DNA of 64,000 nucleotides from Planctomycetaceae bacterium (GTDB taxonomy: Bacteria > Planctomycetota > Planctomycetia > Pirellulales > UBA1268), in contig CANHCU010000004.1 in NCBI GenBank assembly GCA_947459185.1, forward strand, positions 1,673 through 65,672, written 5' to 3'. The position numbers and the translations under genes are program-made. Below the pieces are notes generated by a model. The model was not told where the DNA came from and did not search any database. It was given only the letters and a program-made list of their open reading frames with translations. This document shows, piece by piece, positions 28,293 through 36,952 of this stretch (positions are counted from its first letter, which is position 1; every line of letters begins with the position of its first letter).

Positions 28293-29021
28293 TCAGTCTC
28301 TCGGCCCGGACGGCCGGTCGTGCTCGGTGTGCCGGCTGTCGCCGAGGGCGACGGCGTCGGCAATCCGGTCGGCGGCGGGGCCGAGCAAGATCTCCCGGTT
28401 GTCAAAGAGCGACTCCGGATCCTGATCGAGCATGCGGATCCGCCGTTGCCGGAAGGAGAAGAAGGCGATCACGGTCAGGGCAACGACCGCCATCGCGATC
28501 GTAATCGCCGTGAACCCACGGGTTGCCGACTGGATGAGGCCGGTGATCCGTTCTCCGAATAGGTAGGCCAGACCAAAAAAGCCACCGATGACGATCGACG
28601 CGCAGATGAAATCCGCCAGCAGGAACCAGCGATACTTCACCTTGAGGATGCCGGCCGTCAGATAGAAGGGGCTGCGGAGCCCCACCAGAAACCGGGCCAC
28701 GAAAAACGCCTTAATTCCATGCTTGCGGAGCAGGTTCTCGATCGTGCGTTCGCGCTCGGGCGTGAGAAAGCCCGACCACCATGGATGCTCCTTGAGAATC
28801 CGGGCTCCGAAGAACCGGCCGATGGCATACATCAGGCTGTCGCCGAGCAATGCCCCCACCATGCAGGCGGGCAACGCGTAATACCACTTCAGTTGAGACA
28901 GCCTGCTGGCCACACCAGCGGCCACGATCGGTACCTCCTCCGGCACGGGCAGACCGATGCCAGTGAGCGTGAGGAACACCACAATGCCGAGGTAGGAACC
29001 CCGCTCAAACCAGTCGAACAT
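28293..29021 (-). CDS. dedA: DedA/VTT-family membrane protein
   Basis: GIVVFLTLTGIGLPVPEEVPIVAAGV, FVARFLVGLRSPFYLTAG. Confidence 0.85.
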   Translation of the reverse strand: MFDWFERGSYLGIVVFLTLTGIGLPVPEEVPIVAAGVASRLSQLKWYYALPACMVGALLGDSLMYAIGRFFGARILKEHPWWSGFLTPERERTIENLLRKHGIKAFFVARFLVGLRSPFYLTAGILKVKYRWFLLADFICASIVIGGFFGLAYLFGERITGLIQSATRGFTAITIAMAVVALTVIAFFSFRQRRIRMLDQDPESLFDNREILLGPAADRIADAVALGDSRHTEHDRPSGPRD

Positions 29022-29155
29022 GTCAGATTGGGTATCGCGGGCGGAGGTTCACGGCAGGAGCATAGGGCAGAGCCCAAAACCGTAGTGTATCCCGGGGATC
29101 AAAAAAGGCACGGCTAGCGGGAGCATCGCGAGAAAGGAAGCGGGTAAGGCAGGCC

Positions 29156-29183
29156 AAAAAGCCCCGGACGGAAGTCCGGGGAC
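29156..29183 (-). terminator. Intrinsic terminator after apbE (family-C hairpin)
   Basis: Minus strand reads gtccccggac-ttcc-gtccggggc followed by TTTTT. Lies 30 nt after the apbE stop. Confidence 0.7.
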
Positions 29184-29212
29184 ACCGGTTCATCGGGCTC
29201 TTGCCGTTCTCG

Positions 29213-30214
29213 TCAGACTTCCACGCCCTCGCCCGGCTCGATCGACAACACGTCTTCGGCGAGGTTGGCCGTGATGACCCGCACGGCCCCTGCTGCCTTG
29301 CCGGGTGCGACCAGAATTGCCCCCACGGCTCCGCCGGCCGGCGCCACCCGAGCCAAGCCCGCCGGACCGAGCACATAGAGGGCCGTGGAGAGGCTGTCAG
29401 CCTCGGCCGCCGTGGGAGCGACCACCGTCGCCGACAGCACCCCCTCGGCGGGCACGCCCGTGCGGGGATCGAGGATGTGGCCGAGCCGGCGGCCGCGTTC
29501 GATGAAGAACTGCGTGCCCGACCCGCTGGTGCCCAGGGCCCTGTCTGTGAGTTGGACTGTCGCAAGCCGACGGCCGGGCCGCAGCGGGTGCCGCACGCCC
29601 ACCGGCCAGGACCGCCGACCCGTCAGGGCGATTCCCTGTCCGCCGATGGCCCGCACGCTGCTGGCCCCGCCATGCACGAGCGCACTGGGCACGTCACAGT
29701 CGCGAAGCTTTTCCATCACGCGATCGATCGCCCAGCCTTTTCCGATGCCGCCAGGGTTCAACTCCACGCCCGGCCTGATGAACCGCACCCGACTGCCAGC
29801 CGTGTCGAATTCCACCCACTGCATGCCGGCGGACTCACGGGCCAGAACGAGTTCCTCCGCGGTGGGAGTCCGGCCCTGTCGGCGGAGGAATCCCCAGGTT
29901 CTCACAAGTGAGCCGGCCGCCATGTCGAACGCGCCACCCGTCCGCTGATGGAGATCGCGGGCCTCGAGCAGGAGCGCGAAGAGACCGGCCTCCACCGGCT
30001 GCCAGCCGGCCGCCGCCGTGGCGTTGAGTCGAGCCAGGTCGCTGGTGTCGCGATAGACCGTGATCTGGCTCTCGATCTCATCGACGAGGTCGAGGCAGTC
30101 AACGGCGATGGCCGTGGCGTCTGGAACTTCGCCGGCGTTGAACACGACCTCGAACCGGCAGGCCATGGCGTCGCGGCCGATGACGAGCGTATGAACGTCG
30201 TTCTCACCCTGCAT
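29213..30214 (-). CDS. apbE: FAD:protein FMN transferase (ApbE family), no obvious signal peptide
   Basis: GRDAMACRFEVV, NPGGIGKGWAIDRV, GTSGSG. Confidence 0.85.
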   Translation of the reverse strand: MQGENDVHTLVIGRDAMACRFEVVFNAGEVPDATAIAVDCLDLVDEIESQITVYRDTSDLARLNATAAAGWQPVEAGLFALLLEARDLHQRTGGAFDMAAGSLVRTWGFLRRQGRTPTAEELVLARESAGMQWVEFDTAGSRVRFIRPGVELNPGGIGKGWAIDRVMEKLRDCDVPSALVHGGASSVRAIGGQGIALTGRRSWPVGVRHPLRPGRRLATVQLTDRALGTSGSGTQFFIERGRRLGHILDPRTGVPAEGVLSATVVAPTAAEADSLSTALYVLGPAGLARVAPAGGAVGAILVAPGKAAGAVRVITANLAEDVLSIEPGEGVEV

Positions 30215-30220
30215 GCGTCA

Positions 30221-31696
30221 CTACCGCGGCGCGAGACCGCGGTCGAAGGCGTCCTGGTCGCGGCGAAACACCGCGAGCACCGTGTCGAATCGTTCGAGCG
30301 GAATCTTGTAGACCGCCTGCTCGCCCGTGTGGGCGTGGCAGTGGGCCACGAGAAGCCGGTAGAGAAACTTGAACAGCTGCCGCGGCACGCGGAGGCTGCG
30401 CAGGCCCTCCAGCAGGCGGCGTTGATCGACCTCCGGCTCGAAGAGCTGCGCGAGAGTGGCTGGCGGGCTGCCCACGCTCGCCGCCTTCACGCGGGTGGAA
30501 GCGATGTCATAGAGCGTCTCGCCAGACCATTCGAGCGATGGCACGAGGTTCTGCTTGTCGAGCCGGGCCCGCTGGTTGAACTGCTCATCCTCGCGTTCGA
30601 TGAAGCGATAGAGCTCAAGCGGCAGGAGCATCTTCAACCCGATGCCTGGCGACTTGAGGAACTTGTTGTCGAGCATGGGCCAGATCACCTGCCGCATCCG
30701 GTCGGCGGAGCCATTGATGAGATGCGGTTCGTCGAGCCGGTCAACGATCACCACCATGCCGGCATAGCCCTGGGAGGCGAGAATCCCCTGAAACTTCGCC
30801 AGCAGTTCATAGCGGTCGTCGCTGCGAGCGGAGGCGGGAACCGGCTGACCGGCAAGATCCACCTCCGGCACACGTGCCAGCGCGCGGGCCAGTTGGCCCG
30901 TGGTGCGGTTGCCGGTTCGCATGCTCCGCACGATCCGCGTGGCCAGCCACCAACTGCGGGCGCGACGCCATGCCCACGGTGCCCAGGCGGCGGCCAGAAG
31001 CAGCCACGGCCACCACGCCCCGGCCCACCCCAGCGAACTGCGCTGAAAGCTGATCAGCAGGGCGATGCCCATGATGATCGCGGCCGCGACGCCGACCATT
31101 GTCGGCCAGAGCCCCTGCCAGGCCTGGTAGCCCACGCGGCTGCGGAGCTTTCGCCATCGCGAGGGGAAGGTCTCAGCCGTGGACTGGTCGTAGCAGGCGG
31201 CCAGCAGGCTGAGATCCCGCGCCTGCGGCGGCGTGAGCTTTGGCCTACCTGCCACCTCGCGGGCAGGCGGATCGACGAGCGTCGATACGAACTGCGTCAC
31301 GCCCAGCGAGAGGATCGCGTCCATGTGATCCCAGAGCTTCCACTGCGAGAGCACCTTGTCAACGGGCCGGTTGGGTCCGACGCGGCTCACGAAACGATCC
31401 AAAAAGGGATTGAAGTCGTCGTAGAGCACGACGAGCGTCTTGCTTTCGGGATGCGTCTCGTTGTGCCGATCGAACTGCCGCACCATCTGCAGCTTGAGCG
31501 CCGTCTTGCCCGCCCCCTTTTCGCCAAACACGATCGCGGTGCTCGGATCGGCCGGGTCGCCGTAGATCTTGTCCCAGGCGGGATGAAACGTCGATTCCAA
31601 GCAGGTGCGTTTGAAGACGGTGTCGTTCTGCGCGTCTTCCTCGGCAAACGGATTGCCGGCGATGCCGTGATGCTCGAGAAATTCCTGAATCTTCAT
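30221..31696 (-). CDS. P-loop NTPase with a TM hairpin inserted between Walker A and Walker B (KAP-family-like)
   Basis: Walker A VFGEKGAGKTAL. Two hydrophobic helices, WPTMVGVAAAIIMGIALLISF and WWPWLLLAAAWAPWAW. Walker B-like GMVVIVDRLDEP. Confidence 0.6.
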   Translation of the reverse strand: MKIQEFLEHHGIAGNPFAEEDAQNDTVFKRTCLESTFHPAWDKIYGDPADPSTAIVFGEKGAGKTALKLQMVRQFDRHNETHPESKTLVVLYDDFNPFLDRFVSRVGPNRPVDKVLSQWKLWDHMDAILSLGVTQFVSTLVDPPAREVAGRPKLTPPQARDLSLLAACYDQSTAETFPSRWRKLRSRVGYQAWQGLWPTMVGVAAAIIMGIALLISFQRSSLGWAGAWWPWLLLAAAWAPWAWRRARSWWLATRIVRSMRTGNRTTGQLARALARVPEVDLAGQPVPASARSDDRYELLAKFQGILASQGYAGMVVIVDRLDEPHLINGSADRMRQVIWPMLDNKFLKSPGIGLKMLLPLELYRFIEREDEQFNQRARLDKQNLVPSLEWSGETLYDIASTRVKAASVGSPPATLAQLFEPEVDQRRLLEGLRSLRVPRQLFKFLYRLLVAHCHAHTGEQAVYKIPLERFDTVLAVFRRDQDAFDRGLAPR

Positions 31697-31725
31697 GACT
31701 CGATCTTCCTGGGGGTTTCAGTCGC

Positions 31726-32313
31726 TCACTTCCCGGCGGGCACCAGGCCCTCGACCATCTTTCGGAAGCCATCGGCCTCCTTCGCCACGGTTGCGGCCGG
31801 CCCATAAAACTTGAGGAAGTGGTTCCCCGCGTCGGCCGTCTCGACGATCGCGGCCAGCATCCGGTAGTCGGGGCGTTCGACCGTCTTGCCACCGGCGAAC
31901 GGACCGCCCGGCATGTCCTTGAAGGTGCCCGACACATCGACCATCGTCACGGTGCTGCCGGCGAGCTTGAGCGTCTTGGTGGTCGCCTTGGCCTTGGTGT
32001 CGCCGCCATCGGGCTGCGCAAACTGGCCATACCAACGGTCGATGTTGGCCTGCACGCTGCCGCCGGCGCCCATCACGGTCATACGTCCGGCAGGCAGATC
32101 ACCCGCGGACGGAATCGAAAACTCCGTCTCGACGATCCCCGACTTCGGCTGCACGCGCTTCCAGCCTGCCGGAGCCTCGAGCAGGAGCGCGCCGCCAGCG
32201 ATGGCAAATGCCCGCGTATCCTCCGCGACCACACCCTGTGCCGCCGCCGGGGCAGCCACGGCAAACGGAACGAACGCGACAAACAGACAAACGAGGGCGA
32301 ATGAACCGCGCAT
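31726..32313 (-). CDS. Secreted hypothetical protein
   Basis: Signal peptide MRGSFALVCLFVAFVPFAVAAPAAAQG. Coding-like composition. The 5' extension of ORF 31726..33006 was rejected. Confidence 0.6.
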   Translation of the reverse strand: MRGSFALVCLFVAFVPFAVAAPAAAQGVVAEDTRAFAIAGGALLLEAPAGWKRVQPKSGIVETEFSIPSAGDLPAGRMTVMGAGGSVQANIDRWYGQFAQPDGGDTKAKATTKTLKLAGSTVTMVDVSGTFKDMPGGPFAGGKTVERPDYRMLAAIVETADAGNHFLKFYGPAATVAKEADGFRKMVEGLVPAGK

Positions 32314-32467
32314 GATGGGGTGGTCTCCTCTGGATTGGTGCGTTGGTAGGCTGCGTGACAGACGATCCAGCCAGCGAGGCCCGAGCATCTGCAGGCCCCT
32401 GACTCTATCACACCCCCACGGCCTCCCGCGCGGAAAAACACCCGGCCATCTCCGGTGCAATCGCCGT

Positions 32468-33073
32468 TCAGACCCCCGGAAAAAACTCTGGAAACACCGT
32501 TCGAACCGGCTGCCAGTCGGCCCAATCGGCCCGCCAGACCAGCTCTGGACCCTCCGCCTGACCGCCAGCGAGCCAGTCCTGCATGGTCGCCGCGTCCACA
32601 GGCTCCGACGGCTCGCCTCCGGGAAACGCGATCCGCCAGGCGAGGTCGGGCCGGTCGGCAATCGCGGGGTGGAGTTGCGACGGAGCGGTATCCGACGGCC
32701 CGCCGGCGAATGGATCGACTCCCAAGGGCATCGTCTCCGCGTAGGGCTCCATCGACTCCGGCGGTTCCGCTGCCGCTGCCGTTGCAGCCGCAGCCGCAGC
32801 CGCAGCTGCTGGAGCTGCCGCGCGTGCCGCGTTAAATGGCATGGCCCGCGGCAGCGTCGCAATGACTGATGGCTCCAGTGGCACGAACCGGGCCAGCGGG
32901 AGCTGCGAATGGTCAGGCGTGCCCTCAGGTGCACGAGATCCCTCTGCTGCCCCTCCGCCCGCCGCCGGGATGGAAAACGTCGCCCCACAGGTCGGACAGA
33001 GCCCACGTTTCCCAGCTTGACGATCCTTGACTTTCATGCGGTGCCCGTTCGGGCAGCGGCAGACGATTCCCAT
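32468..33073 (-). CDS. Zinc-ribbon + GYF_2 (DUF4339-like) domain protein
   Basis: N-terminal CRCPNGH...CPTCG ribbon, an Ala-rich linker, and C-terminal WRIAFPGGEPSEPVDAATMQDWLAGG...VWRADWADWQPV. Confidence 0.65.
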   Translation of the reverse strand: MGIVCRCPNGHRMKVKDRQAGKRGLCPTCGATFSIPAAGGGAAEGSRAPEGTPDHSQLPLARFVPLEPSVIATLPRAMPFNAARAAAPAAAAAAAAATAAAAEPPESMEPYAETMPLGVDPFAGGPSDTAPSQLHPAIADRPDLAWRIAFPGGEPSEPVDAATMQDWLAGGQAEGPELVWRADWADWQPVRTVFPEFFPGV

Positions 33074-33202
33074 TGGATGGAGTGCTCCCTTCGCGGCAGC
33101 CGAGCCTTTGCATGCGAGGCTCGCGACGGTCGCGTCGGCAGTATTGTAAGCTCGTCGCTCATTCCCGCAGCCCCTGCCCGCAGCCCCTGAGGGAGCACCA
33201 CC

Positions 33203-33793
33203 ATGCGACCAAGAGATTCAAAACGTCAGCAGCCGGAACACGACCAGGAGCAGGAACAGGAGCGGACGGGCCCTCTGGAAGTGGCCATCGTCGGCGATCT
33301 GACCGACAACGAGTCGGACCTCACCGAACGGCTGCTCGGCGTCGAGCCGGGGGGCGAGTGCGTCATCTACTTCGATTCGCCAGGTGGCAGCCCCTACTGC
33401 GGCATGTCGCTGGTCACGCTCCTACGGCTTCGCGGGATCCGCGCCACAGCCGTGGTGACGGGGGAGTGTTCCTCGGCCGCGCTCTGGCCCTTCGCCGCCT
33501 GCCAGCGGCGGCTGGTGACGCCCTTCAGCGTCTTCCTCTTCCATCCGATGAAGTGGCAGAGCGAGGAGCACATCGGCATCCGTGAGGCCGCCGAGTGGTC
33601 ACGGCATTTTGCGGAGTTGGAGCACGAGATGGACGTGCTGCTCTGCGATCTCTTCGGCAGGTCTGCCGACCAGATCAACGAATGGAGCCGCACCCACCGC
33701 TACGTGACCGGCCGTGAACTCGTGGCGGCCGGACTCGCCGAACTCATCGAACTCGCGCCGCTGCCATCGCTCTTCGAGCAGCCGAAGTCCTGA
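33203..33793 (+). CDS. ClpP/S14-like serine protease-fold protein, atypical
   Basis: YFDSPGGSPYCGMSL (cf. INSPGG), GECSSAAL (Ser position), FLFHPM (His position). The Asp position appears replaced (THRYVTGRE). Confidence 0.6.
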   Translation: MRPRDSKRQQPEHDQEQEQERTGPLEVAIVGDLTDNESDLTERLLGVEPGGECVIYFDSPGGSPYCGMSLVTLLRLRGIRATAVVTGECSSAALWPFAACQRRLVTPFSVFLFHPMKWQSEEHIGIREAAEWSRHFAELEHEMDVLLCDLFGRSADQINEWSRTHRYVTGRELVAAGLAELIELAPLPSLFEQPKS

Positions 33794-33811
33794 CGGGTGG
33801 CAACCCATCCC

Positions 33812-33943
33812 CATCCAAGCCCGCAGCGCAAGCAAGGGAAAACGTCCGCCATCACGGGAGTGCCACGCGGATTCCTCTCGCTTGCGCTTCGGGCTTCTAT
33901 GGCAACGCCTCTCCATCCAAGCCCGCAGCGCAAGCAAGGGTAT
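33812..33943. repeat. REP-like cluster of three family-A units (forward, reverse, forward)
   Basis: catccaagcccgcagcgcaagcaagggaaaa (33812-33842), attcctctcgcttgcgcttcgggcttctatg (33871-33901), catccaagcccgcagcgcaagcaagggtat (33914-33943). Confidence 0.88.
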
Positions 33944-34008
33944 ACGGGCTACCCTCGCATCCCCCGCCGAACACCACCGCCGGAGTTGCCAATGTGTTTC
34001 GCGTAAAG

Positions 34009-34995
34009 TCAGCTGCGGTAGTCGCCGTGACAGGAGTCGCACGACTTCTTCAGTGCGCCGAGGGCGGCCCGGGCGGTTTCGTAGTCTTTCTTCTGCGCGG
34101 CATCGCGCAGCCGCAGGGCGGCATCGCGCATCGTCGAAGCGTAGCCCCGGTAGGTGTCATCGTCGAAATACTCGTAGTCGGCCTGTTGGATCACTTCCCC
34201 GATCACGGCCACGATCTCCGCATCCCGTAGCACCCGCTCCACGGCCTTGTCGAAGTCGGCCTTCGATGCGCTGGCGGCAGCCAACGTGGCATCGGCCGAT
34301 TCCAGCCGCGACATCAGCGCCGGTCGGCCGGCCACCTGGCTCCATCGAAAATCTTCCTCGCGATCGGCCCTCGCGGTGGGAGCGATGCCATCGAGCAGCG
34401 ATTCGAGGTCAGCGACCCGCAGCTTCGATTCGTTGAAGGATTGATCCGTGCCCACCTTGCAGTTGGAGCCGACCCGCGCGAACAGGTCGCGTGCCGTCTC
34501 CGCGTCCTTCTTCCAGCGAATCTCCTGGTCGTAGGCCGCGATGACCCCAAAGGCGAGAGCCACGGCGCTGAAGGCCTCGCGGGCCTTGTCGTAGCCTCCC
34601 CCTTTGAAATCGGATTGGCTCGCCACGGCCCCGACGAGCGCCAGCTTCATGTCCTTGATCTCGTCGGTCAGCGTCTCCTCCGAGACCAGAGCCGACCACT
34701 TCAAGCCGCCAACGCTGGACGCCGAGGCAACGTCTGCTTGAACACTTCCTGACGCTGCCTGCCTTTGGGCGGCGGCTGTGAAATTGGGCCGTTCGCCCTC
34801 GAGTTCCGTAAACGCATCATCGTGGAATGTCTTGGCGGTGTTCCGGTCCCAGGCCGCCGCGGGGGGCTTGGCCCGGCGGATCGCTTGCGGCGAGGAGCGG
34901 CCATCGCGGGCCGCGGAAAGACCGCCCGAGACTGCCAGACAGCCGATCAGTCCGACGACCAGTGCTTTCTGGGACGCTGCCATGGATGCCATCAT
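34009..34995 (-). CDS. Exported cytochrome c class II (cytochrome c'-like) protein with long N-terminal extension
   Basis: Single CxxCH (CDSCH) 6 residues from the C-terminus after helical repeats. Signal-like N-terminus MMASMAASQKALVVGLIGCLAVSGG. Confidence 0.6.
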   Translation of the reverse strand: MMASMAASQKALVVGLIGCLAVSGGLSAARDGRSSPQAIRRAKPPAAAWDRNTAKTFHDDAFTELEGERPNFTAAAQRQAASGSVQADVASASSVGGLKWSALVSEETLTDEIKDMKLALVGAVASQSDFKGGGYDKAREAFSAVALAFGVIAAYDQEIRWKKDAETARDLFARVGSNCKVGTDQSFNESKLRVADLESLLDGIAPTARADREEDFRWSQVAGRPALMSRLESADATLAAASASKADFDKAVERVLRDAEIVAVIGEVIQQADYEYFDDDTYRGYASTMRDAALRLRDAAQKKDYETARAALGALKKSCDSCHGDYRS

Positions 34996-35232
34996 GCGGC
35001 CTCGTTGCAATCCACACCTCACTCGTAAGCCCTACTCTCAGGGCCCGAACTTCATCATACGACAAGGACGAAAAAAGCTCTGGCCAACACTGTTTTTCGG
35101 GCCTCTTTTTCCGCCTTGACGGGCTGCGGCCAGCTCGTCACTCTCTCGCCCCCAATGGCCCCCAACCGCCAGCATGGCTGGAAACTGGATGGGCCCCGCG
35201 AGACCTCACTGTCTGAGCATCGGAGGAGCAGC

Positions 35233-35883
35233 ATGACCGCCAAGCCATCAACGTCGGGATCGCCCGTGAGCACCATCATCCGCACAAGGGTCTATTCCCT
35301 CTGGGTGGCCTGCCTCCTGACCGGCTGTGGCTTGGCAGCCCTGGCCCTGGCAGGCTGTTCCGGCGGCGGCACGGTGGTCTCCGCGACCGGCACCGAACCT
35401 GCGAAGGCAACAGTCACCGCATTTCTCGAAGCCATCAAACGTGGCGACGACCCCGGGGCTCAGGCCATGCTGACGAAGGTGGCCCGGGCCAAGACCCAGG
35501 AATTGGGTATTTCCGTGGCCCCACCCGTGACCTCCACGGCAACCTATTCGATCCGCGAGTGCGAAGTGATTCCGGGAAACGAGGAACTGGTCCACGTCGG
35601 CACCACTTGGACCGACACCGATCCGGATGGTTTTACAACCACCGAAAACGTGGTCTGGGCCGTCCGGCTCGACCCCGAGGGCTGGCGGGTAGCGGGCATG
35701 GCAACCCGAATTTTCGATGACCTGCCGCCGCTGCTGCTGAATTTCGAGGATCCGGAAGACATGATCGCCAAGCAGGAACTGGTGGCGCAAGAACTGCAAA
35801 AACGCGCTGCGCAGGCCGCCCAGCAGGCCAAGCAGCCCCAGCAGCGGACAGCGGTGGGCCCTGCCGACGGCCAACGGAAGTAG
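35233..35883 (+). CDS. Hypothetical lipoprotein
   Basis: GGAGGA RBS. Lipobox-like LALAGCSGG after a hydrophobic stretch. Gln/Ala-rich C-terminal tail. Confidence 0.6.
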   Translation: MTAKPSTSGSPVSTIIRTRVYSLWVACLLTGCGLAALALAGCSGGGTVVSATGTEPAKATVTAFLEAIKRGDDPGAQAMLTKVARAKTQELGISVAPPVTSTATYSIRECEVIPGNEELVHVGTTWTDTDPDGFTTTENVVWAVRLDPEGWRVAGMATRIFDDLPPLLLNFEDPEDMIAKQELVAQELQKRAAQAAQQAKQPQQRTAVGPADGQRK

Positions 35884-36045
35884 TCGGCTTCCGGAGAGTG
35901 ACAGGCGGCAGCCAGGGGAGCGACAGGCGGCGGGCCGCCGGAGCAACAGGCGGCGGCCGCTGGGCTACAGCCGGAGGCTGCGGGGGCGTCGAGACAACGC
36001 CTCGCCACCCCCCTCCAGGCGGTCTGGGGTATCTCTAAGCCCCTG

Positions 36046-36073
36046 AAAAAGGCCCCCTTCATGGGGCCTTTTT
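36046..36073. terminator. Bidirectional hairpin terminator
   Basis: aaaaa-ggcccc-cttcat-ggggcc-ttttt. Confidence 0.55.
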
Positions 36074-36130
36074 CGCGGAATTATCGCGAAAAAAGCGGAT
36101 TCACCGCGCCTTCTGACCGACCGGGCGTCC

Positions 36131-36158
36131 TTGACAGCCCCGGAGGCACTGTTAGCCT
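36131..36158 (+). promoter_or_regulatory. Candidate sigma70-type promoter for the Cys/His-rich gene
   Basis: TTGACA - 16 nt - TAGCCT, about 210 nt upstream of ATG 36369. Confidence 0.25.
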
Positions 36159-36368
36159 AACCGCCTGGATTACCCAGGCCGGAGAGTTTCCCCAACCCGC
36201 AGCTCTTGCAGGGCAGTGCTGCCGGTTGCCGGATTCCCGCTTGTGCCCCGGGTGGTCTCGTTGCTCGCTCGGTTTTCTGCGGTCCGGTGGCCGTCCCGGA
36301 TCGGGGTTGTTTCGTGACGGCTTTTAGGAACGCACCCCGCGTTCAATGTTTCCATCTGGAGGTATGTG

Positions 36369-36872
36369 ATGAAGCGTATTCTCGGACTCTGTTTCGCTAT
36401 GTTCATTGCTCTCGTTGCCATCGCCCTCGTCGGCGGTGACTCGGGTGCCGTCGCTGGCCACGGCTGCCATGGCCGTGCCCGCTGCCACGGCGGTCTGTTT
36501 GCCCACAAGAAGAAGGGCTGCCATGGCGGTCTCTTCGGCCACAAGAAGAACCGTTGCCACGGTCAGGCTGCTGCCGCTCCGGCTTGTGAGTCGGGCTGCG
36601 GTGAGGCTGCTGCTGCCCCGGCTTGTGAGTCGGGCTGCGGTGAGTCGGCTGCCGTCGAAGGCGGCTGCTCGAGCTGCGGTGGTGAGTCGGCTGCCGTTGA
36701 GAGCGGCTGCTCGAGCTGCGGCGGTGAGGTTGCCGGTGGCGAGGTCGTCAGCGGCGGCTGCGCCGGCGGCAACTGCGAAGGCAGCAGCGTGATCTCGGAA
36801 GGCGTGCCGACCGAGGCTGCTCCGGCTGCCCCGGCCGCCGTTGAGGCCCCGGCTGCTCCGGCCAAGACCTGA
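36369..36872 (+). CDS. Secreted/anchored Cys-His-Gly-rich tandem-repeat protein (putative metal-binding)
   Basis: GGAGG RBS 7 nt upstream. N-terminal TM/signal KRILGLCFAMFIALVAIALVGG. Five CHG motifs, 2x AAAAPACESGCGE, 2x SAAVExGCSSCGGE. A strong terminator follows. Confidence 0.7.
   Translation: MKRILGLCFAMFIALVAIALVGGDSGAVAGHGCHGRARCHGGLFAHKKKGCHGGLFGHKKNRCHGQAAAAPACESGCGEAAAAPACESGCGESAAVEGGCSSCGGESAAVESGCSSCGGEVAGGEVVSGGCAGGNCEGSSVISEGVPTEAAPAAPAAVEAPAAPAKT
36483..36728 (+). repeat. Coding tandem repeats: 2 x 36 nt, 2 x 39 nt, 2 x 42 nt
   Basis: 36483-36518/36519-36554 (CHGGLFxHKKxx), 36567-36605/36606-36644 (AAAAPACESGCGE), 36645-36686/36687-36728 (SAAVExGCSSCGGE). Confidence 0.9.
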
Positions 36873-36952
36873 GCTGCGAATCGAGAGCCAGTCGCACCAT
36901 CGCAACCAGGTCTGCCCTGAGGCGAGCGTTGATGCGGGTGGACAATGCATAG

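Noticed and set aside
31726-33006. 426-aa reading of ORF 31726..33006 as one protein.
   Set aside because: The N-terminal 230 aa are Arg/Pro/Ser-rich and are antisense or out of frame relative to the well-formed zinc-ribbon/GYF gene (32468..33073). A canonical signal peptide begins at the internal Met (32313).
33812-33943. The spaced repeats looked briefly like a mini CRISPR array (similar units at 20018-20139 as well).
   Set aside because: There are only 2-3 units, they occur in mixed orientations with unequal spacing, related units are scattered across the window, and no cas genes are present. They fit REP-like elements better.
36061-36327. 88-aa ORF in the leader of the Cys/His-rich gene.
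   Set aside because: It has no RBS, it starts inside the terminator hairpin at 36046-36073, and its composition is non-coding-like. It is treated as untranslated leader.
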